Assembly: GCA_009991425.1 (NCBI GenBank)
Contig: JAACWH010000033.1
Coordinates: forward strand, 302-64,301
Direction of reading: 5' to 3'
DNA from: Leptospira sp.
GTDB lineage: Bacteria > Spirochaetota > Leptospiria > Leptospirales > Leptospiraceae
DNA: 64,000 nucleotides
Below the pieces are notes generated by a model that was not told the DNA's origin, did not search any database, and worked only from the letters and a program-made list of their open reading frames with translations. Below, one piece after another: positions 1 through 11,177 of this stretch. The first letter of the stretch is position 1. Each line of letters opens with the position of its first letter. The translations under genes and the position numbers were made by a program.

Positions 1-52
1 TTTCCTAAATTTAGAATTAGAGAGTTTCCTCTCTTAAAGATTTATAATTCCC

Positions 53-2092
53 CTAATTCGACTTATACATTTTCTTAATTTCTTTTTCATACTTAGCAGT
101 AATCACATGACGCTTCATCTTCATTAGGTTAGTCAACTCATCACCGACTTCGAATGGTTTCTTAATTAGAGCGAATGGAGTAACCTGTTCAAAAGATTTA
201 AAACCCGTTTTAGTAGAATTCAGAGATTTGATTTCTTTACGGATAAGATCGTAGATCTTGTCACTTGCTATTATTTGATCGGGAGTAGTGGCATCGATTC
301 CATTGACTTCACAGAATTCTTTTATCTTGTCAAAATCAGGAACTACAATAGCACCTAAGACTTTTTGATCCTGTCCACAGACCATAACTTGGGAGATATA
401 TGCGGATTCTGCAATTCGGTTCTCGATAGGAACAGGTTCCACATTTTCCCCGCCAAGGAGCACGATAGTATCTTTGGCACGTCCTGTGAGAGTAAGTGTC
501 TTCTTGTAGTTGATCATACCCAAATCACCAGTATCCATCCAACCACCTTCCTTGATTGTTTTCTTAGTGGCTTCTGGATTCTTAAAGTAACCCTTCATTA
601 CATGTGGGCCTTTTACGAACACGACTCCTTTTACTCCAAGCTTTCCAGCAAGTATCTGGTGCTTGTCGTTTATATGAGTGAGAACCTCTCCATTTTCCCC
701 TCGTATTTGAAGCTCTGTGCTGGGAGCAACATCTCCAACCGAGCCAATGATCAATCTGTCAAAATTTCTGTTTGAGATCACTGGACTGGTTTCTGTCATA
801 CCATAGCCTTCGATCACCTTCATTCCGATATCATTGAAGAAAGCATCCACATGACCTGGAAGTGCACCACCTCCAGAAAGAGATGCTTTTAAATGACCTC
901 CAGTTGCTAGACGAATCTTGGAAAGAACAACCTTGTCTAGGGTTGCAAAATTAAATAGAACACCGAGTCCAGCTAATACAAAAAGAGGAACTTGGAATGC
1001 AGTTCCAGAAGCAATTGTGAAGGCAAGCCCTAAGCTAATTGCCGTTACAACAAAAGGACCAGTAATTACACCCAGTACTAAATATTTTATGGCAAGTCCA
1101 AGACTTTGAAAAATATTTCTATTGGTATAGTCCACTAGATTCCCTCTGAAGAAACGCGTGGTAGCATTCCAATTCTTAGAATAGAAATAAGCAAGATTGA
1201 AGAGAAACCGTCTAACAGGAGGTGTTTGTTTAGGATCATTGACTCTTGTAAAGATACCGTTGTAGATATTTTCCCAGAGTCTAGGAGCTGATGCCATGAA
1301 AGTAGGTTTTGCTTTACTGAAATCATCTCTTAAATCACGAACATTTGTGTAATAACTCTCTCCACCATAACGAACAGAAATATATTCCATGTATCTTTGA
1401 AAGATATGCCATACAGGAAGAATAGAAAGAAATCTTTCGTTAGCTTCTGAGAAACTAATTCGCGGACCGACTTCTTCTAATTGGTGCATCATAGATTCAT
1501 GCTTTAGCATAACACCTTTTGGTTGACCAGTTGTTCCAGATGTATAAATCATCGTAAATAGATCATCCGGCTTAATGTCAGCTATGCGAGCTTCAGCCTT
1601 AGACTTATCTTTACCACGGATCTTTGAGCCCTTTCCTATTAAATCAGAAAGGTGAGTAACACCTTTTTCTTTAGATTCTGGATCCATCATAATGATGGTT
1701 TTAATGCCTTTGCATTTAGCTTTGTTCTTTTGGAACTTCTCAAGCATCTTGTCATGCTCAACAAAAAGGATTTTAGCTTCGGAGTGATTAATGATGTATT
1801 CAATTTCAGAATCCGTAATATCTGTTCCACGAGGTACATCTACTGCACCTGCTATTATAATTGCCATATCAGAGATTAACCATTCTTTGCGGTTATCAGC
1901 AAGGATTGCGACATTTTCCCGGGCTTTTAAGCCTAAGTCGATTAGTCCCTCAGCGAGATTTAAGGCATCATCATAGATTTCTTTGTAGGAACTAGATTCG
2001 TATTTTTTCTGCTTATTCTTTGACCAAACGATGGGTTTGGAACCGTATTTCTCTGATGATTCTCTAAAAACTTCTGCTAAATTCTTGGCCAT
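53..2092 (-). CDS. Long-chain fatty-acid-CoA ligase (AMP-forming acyl-CoA synthetase) with a hydrophobic insertion
   Basis: AMP-binding motifs '[16 protein letters not shown]', 'GYGMTETSP' and 'GWMDTGDLG' are present. The likely start is the internal 'MAKNLAEVF' (ATG at 2092), not the ORF-track start at 2191. Residues ~361-417 of the 712-aa ORF-track translation are strongly hydrophobic. Confidence 0.85.
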   Translation of the reverse strand: MAKNLAEVFRESSEKYGSKPIVWSKNKQKKYESSSYKEIYDDALNLAEGLIDLGLKARENVAILADNRKEWLISDMAIIIAGAVDVPRGTDITDSEIEYIINHSEAKILFVEHDKMLEKFQKNKAKCKGIKTIIMMDPESKEKGVTHLSDLIGKGSKIRGKDKSKAEARIADIKPDDLFTMIYTSGTTGQPKGVMLKHESMMHQLEEVGPRISFSEANERFLSILPVWHIFQRYMEYISVRYGGESYYTNVRDLRDDFSKAKPTFMASAPRLWENIYNGIFTRVNDPKQTPPVRRFLFNLAYFYSKNWNATTRFFRGNLVDYTNRNIFQSLGLAIKYLVLGVITGPFVVTAISLGLAFTIASGTAFQVPLFVLAGLGVLFNFATLDKVVLSKIRLATGGHLKASLSGGGALPGHVDAFFNDIGMKVIEGYGMTETSPVISNRNFDRLIIGSVGDVAPSTELQIRGENGEVLTHINDKHQILAGKLGVKGVVFVKGPHVMKGYFKNPEATKKTIKEGGWMDTGDLGMINYKKTLTLTGRAKDTIVLLGGENVEPVPIENRIAESAYISQVMVCGQDQKVLGAIVVPDFDKIKEFCEVNGIDATTPDQIIASDKIYDLIRKEIKSLNSTKTGFKSFEQVTPFALIKKPFEVGDELTNLMKMKRHVITAKYEKEIKKMYKSN

Positions 2093-2200
2093 AATCCTCT
2101 CTCTCCTGAACCTTAATGAAACTGTTTTCTCTTGGAAAACTTTTCCATTAGACCTTGGTATCGATAAAGCTTCAAGGAAAATTCCAATCAAGCGCTTGAT

Positions 2201-2989
2201 TTAGGAATTAAATTTAGGTTTTCGAGATTCCAAGATAGAACGAAAGCCTTCCTGGGCATCTTCCGTAAGTATTGTATCTACAAGCTCATTTGTATCCCAT
2301 TCCATTATTTTCTCAATGCCTATTCTTTTGGGATTTATCAGAGATTTCTTCAAACCTTTAGCGGAACCCAATGGCAGAGAGGAAAGTTTCTTGGCAAATT
2401 TAAGAGTTTCTTCACGGATAATCTCCTTGGAAAAGGTAAAATCAACCAGCTTATTCAATTTTGCCTCCTCACCTTTGAGCAACTTCCCTGTATACAATAG
2501 ATCGCGAGCCAGCTGATGACCAACTAGTTCAGCTAAGATTCGAGCAGGAAATGAAGGAAAATTCAAGGCTATCAAAGCTTCAGAAAATCCTATTCTTGCT
2601 CCCTTATCAATCATGAATCTGTAATCTGAAAAAATCGCAAATACTGCTCCTGCCGCCATACAATGTCCTTGGATTAAAGAAACGGTAGGAAAGGGAAAAA
2701 AATAAAATGCCTGCGATGCCTTCAAGAGTAAGCTAACAGCGTAATGCACCTGCTCTCTTGTTGCACCTAGAAACATCTTGGGTTCGAGTCCATTGGAAAA
2801 ATACGTCTCTTGTTTACTGGAAAGTATGACAGCTCTCAGCTTCGGATTTTTCTCTAATTCTTGCAAGGTATTGACAATAGAGGACAAACCTTCCACATCA
2901 TATGTGTTCTTTTCATTAAAGTTCATCTTTAATTCAATCAATCGTCCCTCGTTATGGGAAATAATCTCTAGTTGGGAATCGGTAGGCAT
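2201..2989 (-). CDS. Enoyl-CoA hydratase/isomerase (crotonase) family protein
   Basis: 262 aa. Crotonase-like segments 'AVILSSKQETYFSNGLEP' and 'GHCMAAGAVFAIFSDYRF'. It lies directly upstream of, and on the same strand as, the acyl-CoA ligase gene. Confidence 0.8.
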   Translation of the reverse strand: MPTDSQLEIISHNEGRLIELKMNFNEKNTYDVEGLSSIVNTLQELEKNPKLRAVILSSKQETYFSNGLEPKMFLGATREQVHYAVSLLLKASQAFYFFPFPTVSLIQGHCMAAGAVFAIFSDYRFMIDKGARIGFSEALIALNFPSFPARILAELVGHQLARDLLYTGKLLKGEEAKLNKLVDFTFSKEIIREETLKFAKKLSSLPLGSAKGLKKSLINPKRIGIEKIMEWDTNELVDTILTEDAQEGFRSILESRKPKFNS

Positions 2990-3218
2990 ATATTTTCCTT
3001 TTATCTTACTTGGTATAATCTTTATAAAAACTTTTCTTTCATTACAAGAAAGTTATTTATTTTATTTTTCTTATTTCTTGTAAAAAATAATTTCCAAGGA
3101 ATCTTATTTACATAGAAAAGTTGATGACTAAACCTTTTTAATTTTAGATGATGAGGTCATTCCTAATTGGTTTTAAAATAGAACCTTTATCTATACAAAT
3201 TTCTCGGAGAGTTTTCTT

Positions 3219-3557
3219 ATGCAAAAAAATACATTCATTCTTATTGTAGGACTCTTAGGTCTCACTTTCTTACTTTTATTTATAATCGTAGTTATACCAC
3301 CTTTATTAGTTGACTTCGATGTTTTGGGAGCCTTTCTTGCAGGCTTTGTAAACCCCTACTCCTCTGGTTATTCTTATGATGTATTTGTTACCTGGGCAAT
3401 ACTTGCGACCTGGATTGCTTACGAATCAAAGAAGTTCAAATATGGTTGGATCTGTCTGCTATTGGGAGTCGTTCCAGGTGTTGCAGTGGGTTTTGCGGTC
3501 TATCTTATCCTAAGAGAAAAGCAACTCATGAGTTCGGATCAAGAACTCAAACGATAA
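3219..3557 (+). CDS. Small integral membrane protein (DUF2834-like, from memory)
   Basis: 112 aa with three or more hydrophobic helices. 'ggaga' lies upstream of the ATG. Confidence 0.55.
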   Translation: MQKNTFILIVGLLGLTFLLLFIIVVIPPLLVDFDVLGAFLAGFVNPYSSGYSYDVFVTWAILATWIAYESKKFKYGWICLLLGVVPGVAVGFAVYLILREKQLMSSDQELKR

Positions 3558-3578
3558 ATTTCAAATACTTATCTATAC

Positions 3579-3791
3579 ATGAATCAATTCCATTGCCCTA
3601 ACTGCAGTAAACTTTCTAATGCTAAAGTGAGTAACATAAGCTATAGCCTTCCTCCCACTGGCGGTGATTATGACTGGATGGAGACTTCGGCTAAAGTAAC
3701 TTGTACAGATTGTAACAAGACTTACGAGGCTCGTGTTAAGGTAGATTTAGAATCTCAGAATGTGGATGAAATTATTCGTATCTATAAATAA
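3579..3791 (+). CDS. Small zinc-ribbon protein
   Basis: 70 aa with two CxxC pairs ('CPNC', 'CTDC'). Confidence 0.5.
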   Translation: MNQFHCPNCSKLSNAKVSNISYSLPPTGGDYDWMETSAKVTCTDCNKTYEARVKVDLESQNVDEIIRIYK

Positions 3792-4036
3792 ATTATTAAT
3801 GGAACTAAACATTCGCAACATTATCTTGTTAAAAAAGTACAAAAAGCTTGTACAGATAATTATCTCGAATATCTGATAAATACACAAATTAACAAAACTT
3901 ATTTTTATTTCATACATTCAGGTGAAAAAATATAAATTAACTGGTGAAAGTTGGATCGAAAAACTTCCACCTGTTAAAAAAAGGAATTTATCCTAAATGC
4001 CCAGAGAAATATTTCCCTGGATATTATATCCTTACT

Positions 4037-4741
4037 TCAAAACCAATATGTAATATTTACAACTCCGACCGGAATGGCAGATTCACCAACGAGTCTAACT
4101 CGAGTGCTGTCAGCGTATGTAGGCCATGGATCTGATTTTGATACCACTTTAGCTACTCCTGCTTGCAAATCAATGGACCAATTATCGCTCAATTTCCATT
4201 CATATCCGACTAATCCCATCAATTCTAGATCAAGACTAGAATAGCTCTTTCTTCTGAACAATTCATCATAAATTAAATAGTTGGTGTCAGCCAGGCCTAG
4301 TGCTAATGTACGACGATTTAACAATCCAGGACTTACAGCGCGTGTTATATTACTTCGACCATAGGCAGCTTGAAATTCAAAATGCCAAGGACTGGAGAAA
4401 AATTGCCTAAATCCAAGGATTCCCGAAGTCTCAGTAAAAGTTCCTTCAGTTGATCTTCTTTCTGGAGCAGAATAACCAATACCCAACAAAAGATCCGTTC
4501 TCCAAGTTTGATTATCATGTAAGGATCTTCTATAGGCGAAACGAAATTTTCCGCCTGGGAATATCGGCCAAAGCACATTCGATCGGATTCCTTGCTTTGG
4601 CAAATCTAAAGATTCCGCTTTTAAATTACTATGAGATATCAAAAATATAAATGAAATTATTCCATAATATAAAATAGCCTGGTATTTACTTATCGTTAGA
4701 TTGAATATTCTGAGTTTGAAAAACTTTGCTCTACTTGACAT
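4037..4741 (-). CDS. Hypothetical outer-membrane beta-barrel protein
   Basis: It has a signal-peptide-like N-terminus when started at 'MSSRAKFF...' (ATG at 4741). The sequence shows an alternating beta-strand pattern and a C-terminal aromatic 'YWF'. Starting at 4795 would swallow the palindromic operator-like sites. Confidence 0.6.
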   Translation of the reverse strand: MSSRAKFFKLRIFNLTISKYQAILYYGIISFIFLISHSNLKAESLDLPKQGIRSNVLWPIFPGGKFRFAYRRSLHDNQTWRTDLLLGIGYSAPERRSTEGTFTETSGILGFRQFFSSPWHFEFQAAYGRSNITRAVSPGLLNRRTLALGLADTNYLIYDELFRRKSYSSLDLELMGLVGYEWKLSDNWSIDLQAGVAKVVSKSDPWPTYADSTRVRLVGESAIPVGVVNITYWF

Positions 4742-4772
4742 GACTGTAATTTCTCCTAATTTGTAACCGTAT

Positions 4773-4823
4773 CTTGACATTGTCAAGTTTACCATAACAT
4801 AAACATCTTGTCGGTGTCAAGAT
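4773..4823. promoter_or_regulatory. Two related palindromes in the divergent OMP/TetR intergenic region (candidate TetR operators)
   Basis: 'cttgacaTtgtcaag' (4773-4787) is a perfect 7-1-7 palindrome. 'atcttgtcggtgtcaagat' (4805-4823) is an imperfect palindrome with the same TCTTGAC/GTCAAGA half-site. Confidence 0.4.
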
Positions 4824-4868
4824 ATAAATGTAATTGAAATTCAAATCCTATTCGTTTACCTAATCCAA

Positions 4869-5507
4869 ATGGATCAAAAGCTTAAAATCAAAGTCCCCAA
4901 AAACTCTAAATCAACCAAAGAGTCCTACCATCACGGGAATTTATATGAAACCTTAATTCAAACTGCTGAGAATTTACTTCGATCAAAAGGTTTAGAGGCA
5001 TTTTCACTAAGGGCTTGTGCCAAAGAAGCAGGAGTTGCTCATAGTGCTCCAGGTCACTATTTTAAAGATGTAAGTGAAATACTTACTGAAATTGGCTCGA
5101 GAGCTTTCGAAAGGCTGTCCCTTAGACTGCGAACTCAACTTTCAAAATTTCCAGATGAAGATCCAATCTATGTAGTTTCTTCTGAATATATAAAATTTGC
5201 TATAGATGAGCCTAAATTTTTCCAATTGATATTTCATTCAAAAAGAATTGATAGGAGTACAATAAGATTTCAACAAACAGGTGACCTAGCATTAAGAGAA
5301 TTGATCCTAGCTATTGATCCTGACCTGGCCAAAAGAAAAATGAATACAGAAAAAATTCGCTTTGCTTGGTCATTGATTCATGGAATTGCAATGCTATCCA
5401 TTGACGGACCCATGGCACCAGTTGGCGGAAAAAGAAGTGGACTGGAATTCGAATCAACAAAAGGAAACATAGTGAAATTAGTTGAAATAATTCGAAACTG
5501 GAAATAA
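4869..5507 (+). CDS. TetR/AcrR family transcriptional regulator
   Basis: N-terminal HTH 'FSLRACAKEAGVAHSAPGHYFKD'. Size is 212 aa. Confidence 0.85.
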   Translation: MDQKLKIKVPKNSKSTKESYHHGNLYETLIQTAENLLRSKGLEAFSLRACAKEAGVAHSAPGHYFKDVSEILTEIGSRAFERLSLRLRTQLSKFPDEDPIYVVSSEYIKFAIDEPKFFQLIFHSKRIDRSTIRFQQTGDLALRELILAIDPDLAKRKMNTEKIRFAWSLIHGIAMLSIDGPMAPVGGKRSGLEFESTKGNIVKLVEIIRNWK

Positions 5508-5511
5508 TTTA

Positions 5512-6375
5512 TTAGATTAACTCTTGGCTTAGAATCCAAATTCCCACTAAGAATAAAAAGATCCCGAATATTTTCTGCAAAAACTTCTTAGGCATGCGAT
5601 TGGAAAAATGAGAGCCTAACACAACTCCAATTAAGGCAAGTCCGATAAAGATAGCCATAACAAGCCAATCCATTTCTACCTTTCCCAGATAACCTAAGAA
5701 ACCGCTGAATGAATTGAAAAATATTACTACTAGGCTTGTTCCTATCGCCTGACGAATAGGAATCTTGGCAAGATAAACTAATGTAGGTACGATTAAAAAT
5801 CCGCCGCCCACTCCAACCAAGCCCGTGAGAATACCAACAAACAAACCAGTGGAAGCATATTGACTCAAGTCACGAAATGAAATTTGGAAGTGGCTTTCAA
5901 ATAAGGGCTTTGCGTCTATTACTCCTTCTCCCATTTCTTTTGCATTAGTAAGATTATCTTCTTTATCAAATTGGGAAGTGTTCGGATTCAATTCAACTTC
6001 CATTGCTGGTGTTTCTGAGTTTCGTAGAATCATAATCGAGCTTGCAAATAAAATCGTAATAGAGAATAGAACTAATTGTACAAAGGAAGTGATGATGGGA
6101 AGAGTTGCGATTTTTGCTCCGATAAAAGCACCTAACATTGCAAATGGTGTAAAGAATGCTGCACTTTCCAATCGGACATTATGTTTCTTTAGATGTGAAA
6201 GTGAACCTACTAAACTAACAACACAAACTATCCCAAGGCTCATTCCTATCGCTGACTTTGGATCTTGCTCGAAAAAATACACCAACACAGGAACAGCAAG
6301 CGCTGTCCCTCCACCTCCAATTAATCCTAAACTAATTCCCACTATAACAGGAAGTAGTAATTGTATTATACTCAA
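5512..6375 (-). CDS. Sulfite exporter TauE/SafE family membrane protein
   Basis: Duplicated 'GGGGTALAVPVLVY' / 'VGGGFLIVPTLVY' motifs and multiple TM helices. It overlaps the upstream MBL gene by 4 nt. Confidence 0.85.
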   Translation of the reverse strand: MSIIQLLLPVIVGISLGLIGGGGTALAVPVLVYFFEQDPKSAIGMSLGIVCVVSLVGSLSHLKKHNVRLESAAFFTPFAMLGAFIGAKIATLPIITSFVQLVLFSITILFASSIMILRNSETPAMEVELNPNTSQFDKEDNLTNAKEMGEGVIDAKPLFESHFQISFRDLSQYASTGLFVGILTGLVGVGGGFLIVPTLVYLAKIPIRQAIGTSLVVIFFNSFSGFLGYLGKVEMDWLVMAIFIGLALIGVVLGSHFSNRMPKKFLQKIFGIFLFLVGIWILSQELI

Positions 6376-7247
6376 AGTAAATGTCCTGGATCTTCCAAAT
6401 TTACAGGAATTTTGAAATAGTTTTTGCCATTTTCCTGAAGAGGAGGCAAGCCTCCACCATTGATATTGCTGATTACAGATTGGTACAAAAGCTTGGGAGC
6501 AGAAAGATTAGAATCTCTAGTCTCACGAAATTTTACAAAGTCTGATTCACTGCGACTAGAGGGTAGTTGTATATTGTTTTTTTTGGATTCACCAACCGTT
6601 GAAAGGAATCGCAAAGGCCTACCATTTGGCATATAATCGTGGCCTGTATAAATTTGGGTGTTCTCGGGAAGTGTATAAATTTTTTCCATAACAGAATGGT
6701 AGAGTGAATGAGAATCTCCTTTTGGAAAATCACAACGTCCCGTTCCATAATCAGGCATGAAAAGCAGATCTCCTGTAAATAATTTATCTCCTGCCAAATA
6801 ACAGACACAAGCGGGAGTATGTCCTGGGGTATGAATTACCTTAATCTCAAGAGAACCTGCTCTAAGGACTTCTGAATCTTTTAGCAAGAGGTCGAATTGG
6901 GAACCATCTGTTTTCAATAATTCTAAAGAGAACACTTTCTTAAAAAATTCCTGTATAGATACAATTTGTTCTCCTATAGCAGTCTTCGCTTTTGGAAACT
7001 GTTTCTTTAAATAAGGAGCTGCACTGAGATGATCGGCATGGGCATGGGTTTCCAAAATATAATGAAGTTGTATTGAATTTGATTTCAAATAATCTAAATA
7101 ATTCTTCAAAGATTCAGGCCAAATTCGAGAGCCTATAGGCTCATAATCCAAGACAGCATCAATAATCACACCATCCTTTGTCTTCTTATCCCAAACAATA
7201 TATGTTAAAGTAAACGTCCTGACATCAAAAAACTCTTTAACTTCCAT
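6372..7247 (-). CDS. MBL-fold metallo-hydrolase, persulfide dioxygenase (ETHE1/Blh)-like
   Basis: Metal-binding motif 'ETHAHADH', plus 'HTPGHTP' and 'YTGHDY'. Confidence 0.8.
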   Translation of the reverse strand: MEVKEFFDVRTFTLTYIVWDKKTKDGVIIDAVLDYEPIGSRIWPESLKNYLDYLKSNSIQLHYILETHAHADHLSAAPYLKKQFPKAKTAIGEQIVSIQEFFKKVFSLELLKTDGSQFDLLLKDSEVLRAGSLEIKVIHTPGHTPACVCYLAGDKLFTGDLLFMPDYGTGRCDFPKGDSHSLYHSVMEKIYTLPENTQIYTGHDYMPNGRPLRFLSTVGESKKNNIQLPSSRSESDFVKFRETRDSNLSAPKLLYQSVISNINGGGLPPLQENGKNYFKIPVNLEDPGHLL

Positions 7248-7448
7248 AAAATAATTTCCTTTTACTTAAAACTATGCGACTAAATAAAATCAAACTATAC
7301 ATTGATTCAACAATTATTTTTTGCGTTTAATACTTGTAATAATTCTAAGTATCATTTTTAAAAATGCAATAAATTTCCTAATTCAATCCCAATTCAATCC
7401 TGACTCAGTTTTGATTGACATATTCCACAGTTTTTCAACAATTACAGT

Positions 7449-10400
7449 ATGGAATCCTCTGCATATCGACCTAAAAATCTTGTCCGTTTTGTAACTGCGG
7501 CCTCACTTTTTGATGGTCATGATGCTTCAATCAACATAATGAGAAGGATTCTCCAGCAGTCTGGAGTAGAGGTAATCCATTTGGGTCACAATCGTTCTGT
7601 AGCAGAGATTGTTGATTGTGCCATCCAAGAGGACGTTCAAGGAATTGCGATTACATCTTACCAAGGTGGGCATGTTGAATTTTTTAAATACATGTATGAT
7701 CTTTTAAAAGAGCGAGGAGCTGGGCATATTAAAATATTCGGTGGGGGAGGAGGAACGATTTTGCCAACTGAAATCGCCGAACTTATGTCATATGGTATTG
7801 ACAAAATCTACTCACCAGATGATGGACGGGCTCTAGGTCTACAAGGAATGATCAATGATCTAGTGGAAAGATCTGATTTTATCCCTCCTACATCCTTCAA
7901 CGGTGATCTTACTTCCCAAGTTCGTAAGCGCAATCCATTGGCAATAGCCCAAGCAATAACTATGGTTGAGACAGCATTTAGAAATTCTGACAAATCAACA
8001 CTTACTGAAAAATTACAATTTCCACCTAGCAACAAAATAGTTCCTGTTCTAGGAATAACAGGAACGGGAGGAGCTGGCAAATCATCCTTAACCGATGAAT
8101 TGCTGCGAAGATTCTTGGAAGATTTTCCTGAGAAAAAACTCGCTGTTCTCTCAGTCGATCCCAGCAAACGAAAAACAGGTGGTGCTCTACTGGGAGATCG
8201 AATTCGAATGAATTCTTCCTTCCATCCAAGAGTTTATATGCGCTCATTTGCAACCAGAGAAGCAAACGTTGCTATGAACAAAAGTATCAAGAACACAATT
8301 GAAATACTGAAATCTGCTGAGTTCGATATGATCATTGTCGAGACAGCAGGGATAGGACAAAGTGATTCTGAAATCACAGAGGTATCCGATCTTTCTCTTT
8401 ATGTAATGACACCTGAATTTGGAGCTGCAACCCAACTAGAAAAGATCGATATGATCGACTATGCCGACATCATCGCATTGAATAAATTTGACAAACGGGG
8501 AGCCTTAGATGCGATCCGTGATGTTAAAAAGCAATACCAAAGATCAAGACAACTATTCCAAGAAAATATAGATGCTATGCCAGTCTTTGGAACCATCGCC
8601 TCACAATTCAATGATCCAGGAATGAACGCTCTCTATGGAAAAATTATCCAATTAACATCTGATAAATTTTCCTTGGATTGGAAATCCTCTTTAAACCTTC
8701 CTATCGGATTTAGCGAAAAAGCAATGATAATTCCTCCAGAGCGCACACGCTACCTCTCAGAGATAGTTGTAGAAAACAAAAACTACAAAGAATTCGTAAG
8801 ATCCGAATCAAAGTTAGCAGGACAGGCTTGGCAGATCAAAGGTACAATTGAACTTCTCAAGGAAAAAGAAAGCGATACTAAGAAGTCACTCGATACCCTT
8901 TTCAAAGATACTTGGCAATCACTTCACCAAACTACACGTAGTATAATTGAGAATTGGGATACTAAGATTTCAAATTACAAAAAGGATGAATTTGTCTACA
9001 AGGTTAGAGACAAAGAGATTAAAGTTCCCAATTCAACTGTATCTTTGAGTGGATTAAAGATACCCAAAGTTTCTGTGCCTAAATTCAAGAATTGGGAAGA
9101 AATAATTTATTGGACTTATACAGAGAATTTTCCAGGGGAATTTCCCTATACTGCTGGTGTTTATCCTTTCAAAAGAACAGGGGAAGATCCAACTCGTATG
9201 TTCGCAGGGGAAGGTGGACCAGAAAGAACGAATCGTCGATTTCATTATTTAAGTAAGGGAATGCCTGCATCACGCCTATCCACTGCATTCGATTCGGTAA
9301 CTTTGTACGGAGAAGATCCAGACATTAGACCAGACATATATGGTAAGATTGGGAATTCAGGTGTGAGCATAGCATCTTTAGATGACGCCAAGAAGTTGTA
9401 TTCTGGATTTGATCTCTGCCTACCTTCTACATCAGTATCCATGACTATCAATGGACCAGCACCTATGCTACTAGCATACTTCTTAAATGCTACAATTGAC
9501 CAACAATGTGAAAAGTACATCCACGAACAGGGATTAGCAGAAAAAACCAAAAAGAAAATCCAAATCTTATTCGAAGCTCGGGGAAGCAAGCAACCCGTTT
9601 ACAAAGGTGAGCTACCTGAAGGCAACACAGGTCTCGGGCTTATGCTTCTTGGCCTAACAGGTGATCAAGTTCTTCCACCTGAAGTCTATAGCAAAATAAA
9701 GAAATATACCCTAAATTCAGTGCGAGGAACAGTTCAAGCAGATATTTTGAAGGAAGACCAGGCACAAAATACCTGTATCTTTTCATCTGAATTTGCACTT
9801 AGACTCATGGGAGATATCCAAGAATATTTTACGCGAGAACAGATTCGTAATTTTTATTCTGTATCAATCTCAGGCTACCATATAGCAGAAGCAGGTGCGA
9901 ATCCTATAACTCAGGTTGCATTTACTCTTGCAAATGGTTTTACTTTTGTTGAATACTATTTAAGTCGTGGAATGAAGATAGATGATTTTGCGCCAAATCT
10001 TTCTTTCTTTTTCTCAAATGGTTTAGATCCAGAATACGCTGTGATTGGAAGAGTTGCTCGAAGGATTTGGGCAACTACGATGAAGAATAAATACAAGGCA
10101 AATGAAAGATCTCAGATGTTAAAGTATCATATCCAAACATCGGGAAGATCTCTCCATGCTCAGGAAATTGCCTTCAATGACATAAGAACCACCTTACAAG
10201 CTTTGTATGCAATTTACGATAATTGCAATTCGCTTCATACAAATGCTTATGATGAGGCGATTACCACTCCCACTGAAGAATCTGTTCGTAGAGCAGTCGC
10301 TATCCAAATGATCATCAATCATGAATTGGGACTTGCTAAAAATGAAAATCCGCTCCAAGGAGCCTTCATCATCGATGATTTGACTGACTTAGTGGAAGAA

Positions 10401-10823
10401 GCTATACTTTTGGAATTCGAGAGAATTTCAGAACGTGGAGGAGTGTTAGGTGCGATGGAGCGTATGTACCAAAGAAATAAAATCCAAGAAGAATCTCTTG
10501 AATACGAACACAGTAAACACACTGGTGAGCTTCCAATAATTGGAGTTAATACATTTTTATCTCCCGAGGGAAGCCCAACAATTATTCCAGAACAAGTAAT
10601 TCGTTCAACGAATGAAGAAAAGGACCAACAAATAGAAAATGTTAAACTTTTTCAGGAAATTCATTCTAAAGAAGCAGAGCTTTCTTTAGAGAATCTGCGA
10701 TTAGTTGCCATAAAGAATCAGAATACCTTTGACTCTCTCATGGAAGCTGGAAAATACTGTACTTTAGGACAGATTTCTAATGCCCTCTACCAAGTGGGTG
10801 GTCAATATAGGAGATCAATGTAA
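7449..10823 (+). CDS. icmF: Fused isobutyryl-CoA mutase (B12-binding domain + MeaB-like G-protein + mutase domain)
   Basis: 1124 aa. B12-domain motif '[10 protein letters not shown]', P-loop '[17 protein letters not shown]' and mutase core '[19 protein letters not shown]'. Confidence 0.9.
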   Translation: MESSAYRPKNLVRFVTAASLFDGHDASINIMRRILQQSGVEVIHLGHNRSVAEIVDCAIQEDVQGIAITSYQGGHVEFFKYMYDLLKERGAGHIKIFGGGGGTILPTEIAELMSYGIDKIYSPDDGRALGLQGMINDLVERSDFIPPTSFNGDLTSQVRKRNPLAIAQAITMVETAFRNSDKSTLTEKLQFPPSNKIVPVLGITGTGGAGKSSLTDELLRRFLEDFPEKKLAVLSVDPSKRKTGGALLGDRIRMNSSFHPRVYMRSFATREANVAMNKSIKNTIEILKSAEFDMIIVETAGIGQSDSEITEVSDLSLYVMTPEFGAATQLEKIDMIDYADIIALNKFDKRGALDAIRDVKKQYQRSRQLFQENIDAMPVFGTIASQFNDPGMNALYGKIIQLTSDKFSLDWKSSLNLPIGFSEKAMIIPPERTRYLSEIVVENKNYKEFVRSESKLAGQAWQIKGTIELLKEKESDTKKSLDTLFKDTWQSLHQTTRSIIENWDTKISNYKKDEFVYKVRDKEIKVPNSTVSLSGLKIPKVSVPKFKNWEEIIYWTYTENFPGEFPYTAGVYPFKRTGEDPTRMFAGEGGPERTNRRFHYLSKGMPASRLSTAFDSVTLYGEDPDIRPDIYGKIGNSGVSIASLDDAKKLYSGFDLCLPSTSVSMTINGPAPMLLAYFLNATIDQQCEKYIHEQGLAEKTKKKIQILFEARGSKQPVYKGELPEGNTGLGLMLLGLTGDQVLPPEVYSKIKKYTLNSVRGTVQADILKEDQAQNTCIFSSEFALRLMGDIQEYFTREQIRNFYSVSISGYHIAEAGANPITQVAFTLANGFTFVEYYLSRGMKIDDFAPNLSFFFSNGLDPEYAVIGRVARRIWATTMKNKYKANERSQMLKYHIQTSGRSLHAQEIAFNDIRTTLQALYAIYDNCNSLHTNAYDEAITTPTEESVRRAVAIQMIINHELGLAKNENPLQGAFIIDDLTDLVEEAILLEFERISERGGVLGAMERMYQRNKIQEESLEYEHSKHTGELPIIGVNTFLSPEGSPTIIPEQVIRSTNEEKDQQIENVKLFQEIHSKEAELSLENLRLVAIKNQNTFDSLMEAGKYCTLGQISNALYQVGGQYRRSM

Positions 10824-10824
10824 T

Positions 10825-11046
10825 ATGGATAATAAAGTTCAATACCTCAACCAAATTATAGAAGTTATAGATAATAAAGCTACAATCTTCAAGAATAACA
10901 AAAAAAACCTGCCCCATGCTGCTTATGTAGCCGAAAAAGAAATTCTCACCAAAACAATCAATGATGCGATCCAGCTTGCAGAAGAAATTAAGCCCGTTCC
11001 CTTTTCGCTAATCAATGATCTAAGATCGCTAATTAAACAACTTTAG
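10825..11046 (+). CDS. Small hypothetical helical protein coupled to icmF
   Basis: ATG at 10825 lies 1 nt after the icmF TAA. 73 aa, 'MDNKVQYLNQIIEV...'. Confidence 0.45.
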   Translation: MDNKVQYLNQIIEVIDNKATIFKNNKKNLPHAAYVAEKEILTKTINDAIQLAEEIKPVPFSLINDLRSLIKQL

Positions 11047-11177
11047 TTTAAATTTATTTTTCCAATAAAGCATTGTAAATAAGTTTACATTAAATTGTGA
11101 TCTAAAACATTTTGTGTAAATAAATGATTTTACGTTCAGTAATTTCTAATGTTTCAATTTAACTTTAAAATTTCACT

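Noticed and set aside
365-1976. Several 60-136-aa plus-strand ORFs (365-775, 918-1109, 1652-1879, 1791-1976) inside the acyl-CoA ligase gene
   Set aside because: They are antisense to a CDS with clear AMP-binding motifs. They have low-complexity translations and no ribosome-binding sites. The same reasoning applies to the many other embedded antisense ORFs in the track, for example 7808-8435, 13583-13897, 33068-35638 and 63411-63845.
7248-7448. Looked for a cobalamin riboswitch upstream of the B12-dependent icmF
   Set aside because: The leader is very AT-rich, and I could not see B12-box-like (GCCACTG-type) or paired GC elements. An Rfam scan would be needed to be certain.
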